Under the pieces are notes generated by a model. That model made no database searches and had not been told where the DNA came from. It saw only the letters and a program-made list of their open reading frames with translations. A DNA stretch of 63,532 nt, counting the filler, from Octopus bimaculoides (Eukaryota): NCBI RefSeq assembly GCF_001194135.2. It is 5 parts of 5 records of this genome, joined end to end, with 100 filler letters (N's around TTAATTAATTAA, not from the genome) between each part and the next. Parts side by side here need not be neighbours in the genome. Positions count along the whole stretch, not along the records: positions 1 to 23,432 come from NC_068998.1; positions 23,533 to 47,604 come from NC_068987.1; 3 more parts are not named here. One strand, given 5' to 3'. Below are positions 12,060 through 25,500 of the stretch, piece after piece. Each line of letters opens with the position of its first letter. Position 1 is the stretch's first letter. A program made the position numbers and the translations under genes.

Positions 12060-13655
12060 ATCATCATTGTCATCATCATCATTTAACATTTGTTTTCCTT
12101 GCTGGCATGGATGGTTTGACTGAAAACTGGTAAGCTGGGAAGCTGCACCAGGTTCCAATCTGATTTGGCAAGATTTCTATGGCTGGATGCCCTTCCTAAT
12201 GCAAACCACTTTAAGAGTGTTGTGATGCTTTTTATGTACTACCGGCATGGGTGCCGGCTACAAAACACTGGCATTGGTCATGACTACGATCTCACTTGTC
12301 TTGACAGGTTTCCTCAGGCAATGTATATTGCCAAAGGTCTTGATCACTTGTCATTGCCTCCATGAGGCCCAACATTCGGAGATCATGCTTCATCACCTCG
12401 TCCCATGGCTTCCTGGGTCTACATCTTGCACAGGTTCCTTCCACAGTTAGAGAATGGCATTTCTTCACACAGCTATCCTCATCCATATGTACCACATGAC
12501 CATACTATCACACTCGTCTCTCTTGCACACCATATCTGATGCCTCTTGTACACAACTTTTCTCTCAAGACACTTACATTCTGTTATAAATGCACACTGAC
12601 ATTGCACATCCAGCAAAAGCATACTAGCTTCATTTCTTTCAAGCCTTCGCATGTCCTTGGTGGCCACAGCCCATGTCTTGCTGCTGTGTGGCATGGCTGT
12701 TTACACACAGGCATCGTACAATCTGCCTTTTATTCTGAAGGAGAGGCCCTTTGTTATCAACATAAGTAGGAGCTCTCTGAACTTTGCCTAACCTATTCTT
12801 ATTCTAGCTGCTACACTCTCAGAGCATCCACCTCCACTACTGACTTGGTCACCTAGGTAGTGGAAGCTATCAACTACTTCTGACTTTCACACCTGGCATT
12901 TGATGGAGTCTATTTTCTGTACATTTTTGGTGTTAATTATACCTGTGCACCTTCCACACACAAAAGAAATTTTCCCTGCTAACCTTCCTCTGATACTGTT
13001 GCATCTCTTGTGTTCATATCTTACATGGGGTACGTCTTATGGAGTTACTACCTATGCCTTTTCTACAGATTGAGTAGGGCCATCTACCTGAAGGATCTTA
13101 TGATTTGTTTACTCTCCTACTTACTAAGGCTTTGGTTTGTGCTAGATTAACTCTAAGGCCCTTTGATTGTAAACCTTGCTTCCACGCCTGAAATTTCTAC
13201 TGTAGTTCTGATAGTGATTCAGCTATAAGAACAAAGTCATTTGCATAGAGGATGTCCCAGGGGCAGCCCATCTTAAATTTCTCTGTCATTGCCTAGAGGA
13301 CTATGATGAACAAGAGGGGGCTGAGGACTGATCCTTGGTGAACTACTACTTGAATCCTGAATTCCTCACTATGCCCATTGCTCACCTTCACCTTACTGAC
13401 AGCATCCTTGTACATGGTTTGTACAGCTCTCACCAACCACTCATCTATCCCAAGCTTCTACATTGACCACCAGATAAAGGAGTTGTGGTCTCTGCCAATG
13501 GCTTTCTCCATGTTGACAAAAGCCAGGTACAGGGGTTTATTTTTGGCTAGATATTTCTCCTTAAGTTGCCTAACCAGGAATATAGCATCAATTATGCTCC
13601 TGCCCGGTGCACGACAGGCTTCTTTCATTTCCATCTACCAATTCAACTCATAAGG
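12060..13655 (-). mobile_element. RTE-clade LINE, 5'-truncated and degenerate (RT plus 3' UTR and (GAT)n tail)
   Basis: Minus-strand PLYLAFVNMEKA, VHQGSVLSPLLFIIVL, WAVATKDMRRLERNEASML and RPRKPWDEVMKHDL, then a tail matching 1-327. Confidence 0.92.
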
Positions 13656-13770
13656 TTTAGGTCAGCCTGAGGCTATAGTAGAAGACTTACCTAAGATGCC
13701 ATGAAGTGGGACTGAACTCAGGACCATGTGGTTGGGAAGCAAGCTTCTTACCACACAGCCATGCTTGTTC
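13655..13770 (-). mobile_element. CORE-like tRNA-derived SINE, 5' part
   Basis: GGCTGTGTGGTAAGAAGCTTGC (A box), GAGTTCAGTCCC (B box), then a decayed CCTTGGGCAAG-type core. Confidence 0.75.
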
Positions 13771-15221
13771 CTATATATATATATATATATATATTTGACA
13801 TATATGTTTTTGTTTGAGGAGTGTAGGAAAAATCTTTTTCGTCAATTGATATCTTATTTTATTCAAATTTTTAGTCGCATGTCACTCTTTAGAACTTTTA
13901 GTCATTGTATATACCTTCTTGATAGGCCATTCTATATATCTGTATTTTTAGTTGCATATATATATATTTTTACCTTCTGTGATTTTTTATATATGTATTC
14001 TTTATATGTTGAAAGACCATGGTAATATTTATATATGATCAAATGGTTGGAGGCGTGGTGTTATGTTCAAAGTTGTTGACTCGAATTTGATGTTTATTCT
14101 GTGATCAATGTTTCTTATACATACATACATATTTATATAACTTTATATTTGCACACTGACAATGACCACTGTAGCTCAATGTGATTTGAGGTTAGGTAAA
14201 GATGGAAACTTATGCTATAATTGATTTCATTGGAAGACTGTATTTTCAGCAATGGGAATTGGAGGATTTACTTTTTTTTTCAGCATGCAGAACTATATTG
14301 AAATCCTTTAAAGTTTCTGTTTCAATAACTACTCTGAAACTATGTATGCATGCATGCATGCATGTATGTATGTATGTATGTATGTATGTATGTATGTATG
14401 TATGTATGTATGTGTTGGTGCAAGTCATAATGTATAGCTTTCAGAATCTTGCCTCTAAAGTTTGTATACTACATTGGTCACTTTCACCTGGCCTTTCTGG
14501 GAATATTTTCTCCTAGACCATTTCTGAGTTAGAATGACCACCTTTTTCATGATCTCTTTCCATTTATTATCAGCCTGGTGGGAGGATGGGTCTGGTCTAC
14601 TTTTGGTTATAAGCAAATTCACCTGGCAGAAACTACCATCCAGCATGGGGCTGCTTTTCTAGACATCAAGTAGCAAGCCCACAGATGTGCTACCACCTGG
14701 TATGATTTCTAATGTGTGAAAAACATGGCTGTCTATGAAAAACATGACTCTTCTGTGTCTCACACCAGTAGAGATGTCCCTTTAATGTTTCCAGCTTGTG
14801 TAGCTGTTGCTCGAGTGCCAAAGCATGTAGAAGAGATAAAACAGTTCCAATTGGTTGCAGTTTTGTTTAAGCTTCGTACAGATACTATTTGCATACTGTT
14901 GCAGTCCATCATTTGAAGACAGGACTAAAATTGGTTGTGCTTAGGAAAGCCTTTAGTTTGTCAAATGCTTTAGACGGATCAAACTGTCATCAGGCTTCAA
15001 TGAAGTTGAAGCATGTGCTGATTTGCTTTTTGATTGTGTGACCTGGAGGGTTTTGTGGACATATTATAGCTCTACTAGAGAGAGGAAGGACTTACCTACC
15101 TACTGAGTTTATAATTAATGACAAATAGGCATTGATTGTCAAGAAAGCTGAAATGGGTTGGAGAATAGGTTATACCAGCCAAAGTGTTTTAACATGTATT
15201 TTGGCCTCTGTCATTTATGTC

Positions 15222-15277
<56 letters not shown>

Positions 15278-16278
15278 GCACATGCACACACGCACCTAAA
15301 TATTTATAATTGCCAGTTTAGTTATAACTTTGTAGTCTGATTATAGAATATTTGATAGTTTGCCCTCAGTATATTCTAAACATCTATGGTGCTATAAAAT
15401 ATATCTGCTTACTACTAGCAACTATTCAATGCCATTGATATCCAAAATGATAGAAAGAAAGGACAGTGTTGGTAGGATTTGAACTCAGAGTCTAACTATA
15501 TACCACAAGATATTTTGTCTGGCATTCCATAAGTTGATATTAACATTGACATAAATGGATAAATTGGCTCCAGTATTTGACTGATACTTATTTCATCAAC
15601 TCCAATAATTAATGTCAACTGTGACTTCAGCCAGATTTGAACTCAGGAAATAAAAATCCTTAACTAAATAATACAAGCCATTTTATTCAATGCCATGATG
15701 ATTTCATTAATAAAACATCCTAATGCTAATAACTCTGAACATAACCCTTTCTTTATTTTTAAGATTATTGCTAATTTCAGTGAAGGGGAGACAAAAATAT
15801 CTTTAGTCAATTTTTTTATCAAGATATTCAAGGTGTAATAGTAAAAATTACACATCTTATTGACACTAGACATATCTCTCTCCTACTTTCCCCAGAGACA
15901 ATAAAAAAATGTCTGCATACATTTTAAGCAAACCTTGTATCATGGTAATGTTAATGGATGTCAAACACTGTTTACTATTTATGTATGGAAATTTTACATT
16001 TGTGTGCATTATGTATGAATCTATTTGCTTTTGTAGTGACAGAGAATTGCATAAATTTTTAGTATATATCTCTCTTCCAATACGTACACACAGATACACA
16101 CACAAGAGAAAGATGTTTAACAAAGAAAAATAGAGTACTCAGCACAGTGTATTATCACTACCTGTCTATAACATTATATATACTAGCAGAAGCATTGCTC
16201 AGAGTGCTGTGTTTCTGCTAGTATATGTCATGTTTACTTGTGAAAAAAACTACTGTGATGTGAATATCTACCAATATA

Positions 16279-17253
16279 TCAGGTCATCCCAGAGTGATGT
16301 CCGGACTTCTATATTTTTAGTTTGTAAACACTTTAACAGTATTTTAGAATGTCTAATGGCATCAAGTGATATTTATATATATTTAGACCTATTTAAACTA
16401 ATTAAAGTTCATTTTGCAGGATAATCTCATTGAAATTTCATTAATTATAGCTATTCAAATATGGAAGTGTCTAAGGAGCATTTGAGGTACATAATTTCAT
16501 TATGAGTTTAAAAAAAGGAATTCTGCAGCTGAAGCAACTCAAAATATTCACTCAGCTTATGGAGAAGAGTGCCTGAAAGAAAGAACTTGCAGAAGATGGT
16601 TTGTAAAATGGTTTCTTTTTATAAAAATATTTAGCATCATAGACATTGGCTTGATGAAGAGGAAAAAGTCCAACAACAACCGTAAAGGAAACTCCATGCA
16701 AAGAAGTTTCTTCTCTCTGTTTGGTGGGGTTGCAAAGGAGTCATCCACTTTGAGTTGCTACCAACTAATGCAACAATCAATACTCAAATCTACTGTCAGC
16801 AATTAGAGTATTTGAACACTGTTTTGAAGGAAAAAAAGGCCTGCTTTAATGAATTGAAAAGGAATGGTGTTTCATCAGGACAATACAAGACTCCACACTG
16901 CAAAGATCATGTCACAGAAGATTGAGGAACTCAGCAGGGAGAACATTTCTCATCCACTTTATTTCCCAGACCTTGCTCCTTCAGATTATCATCTGTTCTA
17001 TAGTTTACAGAATCATTTGGATGGATTAACTCTTGAAGCCACTGAGTAAGTTGAAATTGACCTTTCAGTGGTCTTTTCTCTGAAACTGAAAGAGTTTTTC
17101 ACTAATGGGATTAAAATTAGGGTTACAAGTAGATAGAAAGATGTCATAGATAATCATGGAAACTATAGTGATGATTAAGTTTCATTAAAATATAAAATTC
17201 TATCACTTGTTTTCCTTATTTAGAATCTGGACATTACTTATGGGATGACCTAA
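16279..17253 (+). mobile_element. mariner (DD34D) element, internally deleted, both TIRs present
   Basis: TA-flanked TIRs TCAGGTCATCCCAGAGTGATGTCCGGA and reverse-complement TTAGGTCATCCCATAAGTAATGTCCAGA. Translation gives MEVSKEHLRY..NSAAEATQNI..YGEECLKERTCRRWF, LSVWWGCKG, VFHQDNTRLH and HPLYFPDLAPSDYHLF. Confidence 0.95.
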
Positions 17254-17622
17254 TATATTACTGTTTCAAGGCTATATTTTTGTTTTAATGCTAAGGGGAG
17301 TAATTCTGAGCAAGTCATTGTAATAGCATTGGCATTTCACCGCTACCATGACAACCAACATTATTTCTTCTTTAAATATTATCTTGAAAGCTGAGTCAAT
17401 GGAGAGGAATTACAACTAGATGAAATCTCCCGGTGGTTCAAATGCACAAGTCTCTGATATCCAAGTGGCTAAAAAGTATCAGCTGAGGGGTACCCAGGAG
17501 TCATGACCTGGATGTGGCCTGGGTCCCTTAGAGTGAAAGAAGTTAAGGGTTGAAACACTAGCCTAAGTGGAGTTTCTTCTCTGAAGACCTGCAGTTCAGC
17601 TCTCTTGAGAGTTTCCTGCCAC

Positions 17623-17672
<50 letters not shown>

Positions 17673-18349
17673 ATGTGAGATCAAAATTGGCATTCATTGC
17701 TAATCCTTTAACAGACTTGTTCCTAGTCTGAAAGCTTTCCTGTCTATTCTCCAGCTGTACATATTCAGTTTGGTCTCTTAGTATTCTGTTAGCTTGTGCT
17801 GCTATCATTGTTAGTATCTCACTTCTATTTGCATGAGATATTTGTCTGCATATCCTGTCCATTTGATGATGATTATCAGTTGGCACCTGAATATTCACAG
17901 ACTGTGAAAGCAGGCTCAGTATATTGTTTTGAGATAAATATTCTAACCAGTCTGTCATGTGCAGCAGAAAATAGAATCTGAATATGCAGATAAGCATAGA
18001 GATGCTTACATGTGTAGTCAGACATTTGTTTCAGTAGTTTGACCTGGTTTTCTCTGGTTCAGTTGCCCTTCCCTCCCTTTACTTTTGTTTCTTTGTTGCC
18101 AACTGTTCTATTTTAGTTGCATATTTTTATGGACAACACATGTTGTATTGGGAAATTCTAATGTAGAAACAAATAGTGCAGTATCTATGTTGTATTATTG
18201 TACTGCAATGAATATGTTAAATGAAATTAATATATAACCTAATGATAAACACAAAATCAACATAGGCTCAGAAATCCAAGGTATTTATTATTCAAAGAAC
18301 CGTAGTTTACACATTTGTGTATAAGGAAATAAAAATTGAAGTGAAAATT

Positions 18350-18675
18350 TCTGGATTCAGTTCCACTGCATGGCACCTCAGGCAAGTGTCTTTTATTAAA
18401 GCCTTGGGTTGATCAAAGCCTTGTGAGTGGATTTGGTAGACAGAAACTAGAAAGGAAGCCTGTCATGTGTGTGTGTTTGTGTCTGCGCTTGTCCTCCTCC
18501 ACCACTTTACAACCAGTGTTGGTGTGTTTATGTCCCCATAACACAGCTGTTCGTCAAAAGTGGCCAAGTACCAAGCTTTAAAAAAATAGGCCCTGAGGTC
18601 GATTCATTTGACTAAAAATTCTTCTAGGCAGTGCTCCAGCATGACTGTAGTCTAATGACAGAAACAAATAAAAGA
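18350..18675 (+). mobile_element. CORE-like SINE, 5'-truncated, CpG-decayed
   Basis: TTCAGTTCCACTGCATGGCACCTCAGGCAAGTGTC...GCCTTGTGAGTGGATTTGGTAGAC, an internal (TG)n and the family tail. Confidence 0.8.
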
Positions 18676-18789
18676 GAAAAAAATATAGTACAAACATTTT
18701 CACAAGTATTTCCAAAGTATCTCAGCATAAAACATTGTAAAAACGTATTTTTAATGCAAATATTTGAATAGAGGTGCATGTCTGTGTGC

Positions 18790-18833
<44 letters not shown>

Positions 18834-19507
18834 CAGAAGGAAAGAGGACAGCATTGCAAAGAAAGAAAATGAAAGTAACAGGGTGTGCAGAAGAAAGATG
18901 AAATGTATTAAATGAAATGACAGGGAAAGGGATAAACACACAAAGAGCAGAGAGAGAAAGGGGGAGACAAAGAGCAAAAAAACAAATGTTGAGGATAAAA
19001 GTGAGAGATTAAAAGTTACAAGGACAGAGAAAGAGAAGGATTGATAGGAATAGAGCTATAAGCAAAGAAGAGCCAGAAAGAGAGAGAGAGAGGGAGGAAG
19101 GGGGGAAAGAAAGATAGACAAGTAAACTCACATCATTGCAAGGAAACAAAGTAGAAGAGGGATAAGACATTAAAAAACATATGTTCCAATAAATTAGAAA
19201 TAGTTTTCTGATTGGATCATGTAGTTGAAACTGTCAACAATTAAAGAATTATAATTTGTGTTGCTGATTATTCAAGTAACTGAAATACGGAAGCTGTGTG
19301 ACAATATATAAGCAACAATATTCACAAATGTATGCATGCATGTATGAATGTGTGTGTGTGTGTGTGTATCTGTGTGTGTGTGTGTGTGTGCATGCATGTG
19401 TGTGTGTTTGTGCATGGTTGTGGATGTATGTTGAACTGGTTTATCTTTGCATGTTGCATTATATATGTTTAGGTCTTTAGTAGAAAGTGGGTTATACATC
19501 CTTAGAT

Positions 19508-19824
19508 TGTATACCTGACTTCCTACTATAAAATTAAGAATATAACGGAACGCTGAACTCCAGACTATCAACTTAAACAACATTTATTCAGGTGGTAAAT
19601 ATATAAACATCTTTAGTTCTTGTTGTTACAGCTTCTGTGTGTATGAGCATAGTTGTTGGGACGTTGTTCTGTAGTTGTGAGCGAGCTGTCGAGCGTAAGT
19701 CCGAAAGATGTAGAGACAGCTTTAAACACACGTCCATGCTCAATCGCTGGCCAGCGTGAAAGAGAATGAATTGAGCGGGAAACGCTTGCTTGTTTAATTC
19801 TACGCATGCGCAGGCGTTACTACA
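19508..19824 (-). mobile_element. Putative solo LTR
   Basis: A GC/CpG-rich island in AT-rich DNA. The minus strand starts TGTAG, ends TACA and has an internal AATAAA. No clear TSD. Confidence 0.5.
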
Positions 19825-22599
19825 GGTCTAAAGTCAGTGAATTTTTATTATCTGTTCCTGGATGTATTGCTTCATTGGAAATGTATCTAAACAGGGATGT
19901 AATCTCTATGGCAACAAGACATGTTATGGCATTTGTATTATAATATCTATAGCATCATTTTATATTTTCACTCTCTGTAATAGTGGCAATGTCTTTAGCA
20001 ACAAACTGTGTAATGTAATATAAGGTGAACAGCGTCAATCTGTGTTATTACATAATATTATGATGACTCAATCTACATAATGGCACAAAAGGATATTGCT
20101 CTACTCTGAATATTGATACAAAGCCATTTTACACAGTAATTAACTAGGTGTTTACATTTATCTGACTAAGCATACTAATTTCTCAAACGACTGGCAAAGT
20201 TGGAGAAAACTAAATCTCTCTCTTCAATATTTCAGCTTTAACAAGCCCTCATAATAAACTGGGAAATTTGAAATTAGATATACATGGTAAACAGTATCAG
20301 CATAGTTATAGAGATGCAGATGTACACATTATATCAAGGTTATGTTGTCTCTGATATTGAAATGATGCAATAAACTGTCGATAATTGAGAAACCCTGATT
20401 AATTGTAGAAAGCTAATAAACATTTAATAACAATGAGATTAAAAATAGAGATGATAAATGTTAGTGAGGTAGCAAATAAGATTGTTAATATGAAATATTT
20501 CATTAATAACCTAAGATCTTTATTAAGCTGGGCAAAAATATAGGGAGAAAAATAAATATGAGAGCAGGTTCCACTCTAAAGAACTTTTGTTGTGTCAGAA
20601 GCCCTCATGTTGGTAAATTTGTTGACAATGTAATTAGATCCTCTAAAATATTAAGAAAGGCTAATTATACAACTTGTTCTTTTGCAACTTTCACTACAGT
20701 TCCAAACAGGTAATAAAATAGATTTCGGATCACAACAAAATATGTACTTTGTAACCTGCCAAGCTGGAAATACAGACAAATGTATTAGAGCTTAAATACA
20801 ACCCACATACATGCACATAAACATGGTAACCTTTTCTAATAAAAAAAACAAAACAAAAAGAAAACCATTCCAAATTATGGTTTAAAGAAACAATACTTAT
20901 TCGGCATTCGTAACTTGAAATTAACAATCACCAGAATTTTTTTGGCTGTCAACTGTTTATTGCAAGATTTGCTTACTACAGCCAAAGTAACTTCTGTAAA
21001 TTCTGTCTCTCTTCACATTTCATAATGATTTCAGTGTAGTTTGTTTATTTTTCATTTCAAAATTTGCTGTTTAAGATTAGGGTTTGTTGAACTCAAGTTA
21101 AAGAATAGATTTGCTTGTCTCCAACTGTGCATTGTTAAACAGTATTTTCCTTTGTATGATCAGATCAATGAGCAACACCTGATTGCTTCCTTGAATTTTC
21201 ATATCATAGGATTTTCTGGGGAGAATACAAAAGTGATTCCTCATCTTCCTTTTATTTTTGTGTTTTCTACAAGTCACTTGTTGACTTTAGTCACTTCTAA
21301 AAAAACTGAGAAAGATAGAGAGAAGAAATGAGAGAAAGAGGAAAAGAAAATAAGGAGACAAAGGAAAAGGATGATAATAGTAATAATAATAATAATAATA
21401 ATAGCAATCTACCACTGTATTTGAATATGTACATTATTTATCAATCTGAAAAGGGTGACAGACAAAGTTGACCTCCGTAAGATTTGAACTCAGAGGGCGC
21501 AAAGCCAGGATTAAATGCCACAAGACTATCTGATGTTCTAACAACACTAATAAATTGTTATCCTGGCATTTATTACTTTCCTGTTTATATGCTGAAATTA
21601 CAATATTTCAAATGATTACAATTTATAACTCCATGTGCAAGAAGACCTAGAAGCCATGAATTCCATTGTCTCTTTAAGATCTTCAAAATTCTTACTTGAC
21701 TTAAATATCATTTGTATTATTAATTCCAATTCAGTTATCATTATTAATAGATGTAATAATTACTTTCCAAACATTAATGACAATATTAAGAATATTACAA
21801 CATTTCATACATATTTTCCATTTCTATAATTTTCTGAATTAATACAGATACCAATTCCTAGATTTCATCTGCTAATGCTTGGAATATATTATCTTATAAG
21901 TGCTCATAAAAGGTCAACAATATGTTCAAAATTCTAAAACTACTTAAAAATATATGAATCCATTAGCATTCTATGAATAATGACACAAGTTGTATGTATA
22001 ATCTTAAGTTAAACTTCAATATTGGTTAATAAAATAAAAGTCATAACTTTACATGACATACTTTGTATTCATGAAAGGCACAGAAGATGTGAGACAGGTA
22101 GAAATATCAACGAAATAGTAAAGAGCATTGCCCTTGCAAATGTATTACACAGTCAGATATAGACTACTGGCTCAAGTTTACAAGTTATTCTTTCATGTGG
22201 GTCACTATCTTTAAAACTGAAAATAATAATAACATATCCTTCTTTACACACAGATTTCATTCATGAATGCACTGAGCAATCTTTTAGGAAGCTAACAGTG
22301 AAAAGATAATTGAAAAGTTGCTCTCAGATTCAATATATTTTCTTGAACAACTGGATATAGTATTAGTAGATAAAAAATAAATACTCCAGAACTGCTGATA
22401 TCCAAGATTATAACACTATTAATTGAGATTAATTAACATAGAAGAATACATTCGAACATGCTATGAGTTTATTTGAGATAAACAGTTGAGCAATTAAGTA
22501 TATTAACAGTGCATAAAAGTGGGACACACCTTTATTCAATGTGGGATTACTCAATAGAATAGTTGCATATTCTGTTAATTAAGTAAAGATAAAACTGTG

Positions 22600-22735
22600 G
22601 AAACATGTCCGGAAACATTGATCCACTGCAAAAGCTTCCTCCAATCCACATTACTGGATAACTTCTTTCAGTAGAACGCTGTGGCCAACATTGTCAAAAG
22701 CATTACCGAAGTCAGGATAAATGATCACCGAAGGC
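22600..22735 (-). pseudogene. CR1/L2-type RT fragment
   Basis: Minus-strand VIIYPDFGNAFDNVGHSVLLK resembles the YLDFxKAFDxVxHxxLLxK RT motif. Confidence 0.6.
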
Positions 22736-23099
22736 AGAGCAGTATTCTATAGAATCTCCACTGTTTTCTTGTTCCTTTTTTTTTTTTTTGGTGGGGAGGG
22801 TTCTGTAGCAAAGAATGTTGTGTCCATTCTTACCACCGCTCAAATTTTATTTGCTATCTAGGATGTAAAATCCAACATTATTTTAGTAGGGTTTTTTTAT
22901 ATATTCTTATGTAAAATCTGTACTACTTGTCTCCCCTTAACTATAAAAGGTTATAGTATTTTGTTTGACTGTATTTATCTTTTTATTTATTCTTATTTAT
23001 GTTATGTCGAGAAGTTGCAGAAAGCCATAAGCGGCTTCATACCACTTATATCATAATCTTCTCCCCCGCACCCTTTATTTACTTGTTTTTCTTTTTTTA

Positions 23100-23432
23100 G
23101 GAGTGGCTGTGTGGTAAGTAGCTTGCTTACCAACCACATGGTTCTGGGTTCAGTCCCACTGTGGTACCTTGGGCAAGTGCCTTCTACTATAGCCTCAGGT
23201 CGACCAAAGCCTTGTGAGTGGATTTGGTAGACAAAAACTGAAAGAAGCCCGTCGTATATATGTATATGTATATATATATACATGTGTGTTTGTGTTTGTC
23301 CCCCCAACATCGCTTGACAACCGATGCTGGTGTGTTTACGTTCCCGTAACTTAGCGGTTCAGCAAAAGTGACCAATAGAATAAGTACTAGGCTTACAAAG
23401 AATAAGTCCTGGGGTTGATTTGCTTGACTAAA
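23100..23432 (+). mobile_element. CORE-like tRNA SINE, near full length, cut by gap
   Basis: GGCTGTGTGGTAAG A box, GGGTTCAGTCCC B box, CCTTGGGCAAGTG core, internal TA/TG microsatellite and family tail. Confidence 0.88.
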
Positions 23433-23532
23433 NNNNNNNNNNNNNNNNNNNNNNNNNNNNNNNNNNNNNNNNNNNNTTAATTAATTAANNNNNNNNNNNN
23501 NNNNNNNNNNNNNNNNNNNNNNNNNNNNNNNN
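23433..23532. other. Artificial scaffold linker N44-TTAATTAATTAA-N44 (also centred at 47649, 55081, 62002)
   Basis: The identical 12-mer with stops in all six frames sits inside N runs at four places; here 44 N flank each side, giving exactly 100 nt. Confidence 0.95.
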
Positions 23533-24714
23533 ATATATATGTATGTATGTATGTATGTATGCATGTATGTATGTATATATAGCTATTTGTTCTTTTTACA
23601 AATTATACTTGAAGAAAAAGCGTAGTATAAAACATGTGTGGTGAGTAAGGTCTTTTTTTTTTCTTTTTCTCTTTCCTGCGAAAATCATTTGCCGCCATTA
23701 TGATTGTCCGTTATTATTCATACCAAACAGCATAGATGGAGTTATTGTACATTAAATCTATTTAGTGTTTCTTATTCGGTGCTGATTCATTATTATCAGG
23801 TCATTTCATCTATTCCCACATCATCCACGAATGAAATCGCTGTTTTAGTGTCTTAAATGAGACGTCGAATATTTCCTTCGGGCTAATTTCTTGCACATGC
23901 AGTCAACAATTTCTGTTAATTTCTATCCAACTTCACCACCACCACCTCCACTAGTAACGCTGTCATCGCTTCAGCACTACTAACTCTACCACCACCGCCA
24001 GTCACTTGCGAAATAAACCGGGGGTGGGGGGTGGAGAAGGAAGGATAGGTTGAGACAGAGTAATGTTCAACTACTGAAGGCAACATTGTCGATCAAACCT
24101 TGAAATTCTTCTCCTCAACAGATCATTCATGGTGACTACCGTGAAAGAAAACTTACAGTTAGATGCAGTTTGCATGCTTTGCGAGGAGTCTTCCACAACG
24201 AAGATATGTGCACGCGATCCTTTTTGCCAGAGAAATCAGCATCCTGCTGGTTTTAAGTTCTCTGCTGAAGTGGAAATCTAAAGATGTCTGTTGGTAGTGC
24301 CAATCATTTAATTTACCTTGCCACGCAAGCTCAATAAATATCTGTGTTGTGAAAATACCTTCCAAGACCGCCACCAGTGCATTCACTGAATATTTCTTAA
24401 AACTCAGTCGACTGTCTCATTGCCTTTATCTTCACAAATATTGATTTTCCTTCTATATTTGTATATTGGCGTATGTTAGTGTAGAAGAGATATAGGGTTG
24501 ATGCAATCGAATCCATTATATGACGGATCCCCATGTTATCTACCCCGAAGAATTAAAATGCATAGTTGAGCCCTGCGGGATTTTGAACTGATTCAGGTGA
24601 ATTTCCCGTACCGATCTCTTAATAACGATGTTCGGCTTGTGATTAACTACAGTCTCTCATGTACATCACTATAGTTTCACTTTGTTCCTTTCTATCTTCA
24701 ACAACGGTTTCTTA

Positions 24715-25500
24715 TTTAAGCACAAGGCCAGTAGTTTTGAGCGGAGTAGATTAGTCAATAGCATCGAACCCAGTACTATTTATTTTAACAATCCCAGGTG
24801 GGTGGGAGGGGTGAGGAAGAATGATAGCCGAAGCTGACTTGGGAAAGATTTCAATTCAGAACGCAAAAATCTGGAACATATATCGCAAAGCATTTTTTAC
24901 GACGCTCTTACGACTCTGCCAGCTCACCGGCGTTATAATAATTTTGATTAGGTACAAGGCCAGTAATTGTGAGTGGATTAATTACTCGGTTACATCCAGC
25001 CAGTAGGCGCAATGGTCCAATGGTCTGGGCAGCGGACTCGTTGTCATAGGATCGCGGTTTCGATTCCCAGATCAGGCGTTGTGAGTGTTTATTGAGCGAA
25101 AACATCTAAAGCTCCACGAGGCTCCGGCAGGGGATGGTGGCGAATCCTGCTGTACTCTTTCACCACAACTTTCTCTCACTCTTTCTTCCTGTTTCTGTTG
25201 TGCCTGTAATTCAAAGGGCCAGCCTTGTCACACTGTGTCACGCTGAATATCCCTGAAAACTACGTTAAGGGTACACGTGTCTGTGGAGTGCTCAGCCACT
25301 TGCACGTTAATTTCATGAGCAGGCTGTTCCGTTGATCGGATCAACTGGAACCCTCGACGTCGTATGCGACAGAGTGCCAACAACAATATCCAACCTGGAG
25401 GGATGAAAAGCAAAACTGGTCTCGGCGAGATTTGAACTCAGAAAGCACTATGTTGGGCCAAATTCCACAAGGTGTCTTTCCGATTCTTCGTTTGCCGCCT
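24715..25500 (-). mobile_element. Two Meta-domain-like SINE copies, the second interrupted by another SINE
   Basis: CACAAGGCCAG tails, GATTT(G/C)AA(C/T)TCAGAA B-box region and GCCAGCTCACCG/TTTGCCGCC heads; same family as the 29-38 kb arrays. Confidence 0.6.
24993..25387 (+). mobile_element. Full-length tRNA-derived SINE with (CAA)n tail
   Basis: GGCGCAATGGTCCAATGG (A box), GGTTTCGATTCCC (B box), tail GAGTGCCAACAACAA; flanked by ATCCAGCC/ATCCAACC, a TSD-like pair. Confidence 0.8.

Noticed and set aside
23100-23175. tRNA-like A/B boxes here and in other SINE heads
   Set aside because: No complete cloverleaf, and they continue into SINE bodies, so they were not called tRNA genes.
23477-23488. 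Palindromic TTAATTAATTAA recurring four times
   Set aside because: It is always embedded in N runs forming a 100-nt block: a scaffolding linker, not biology. Adjacency across these joins is uncertain.
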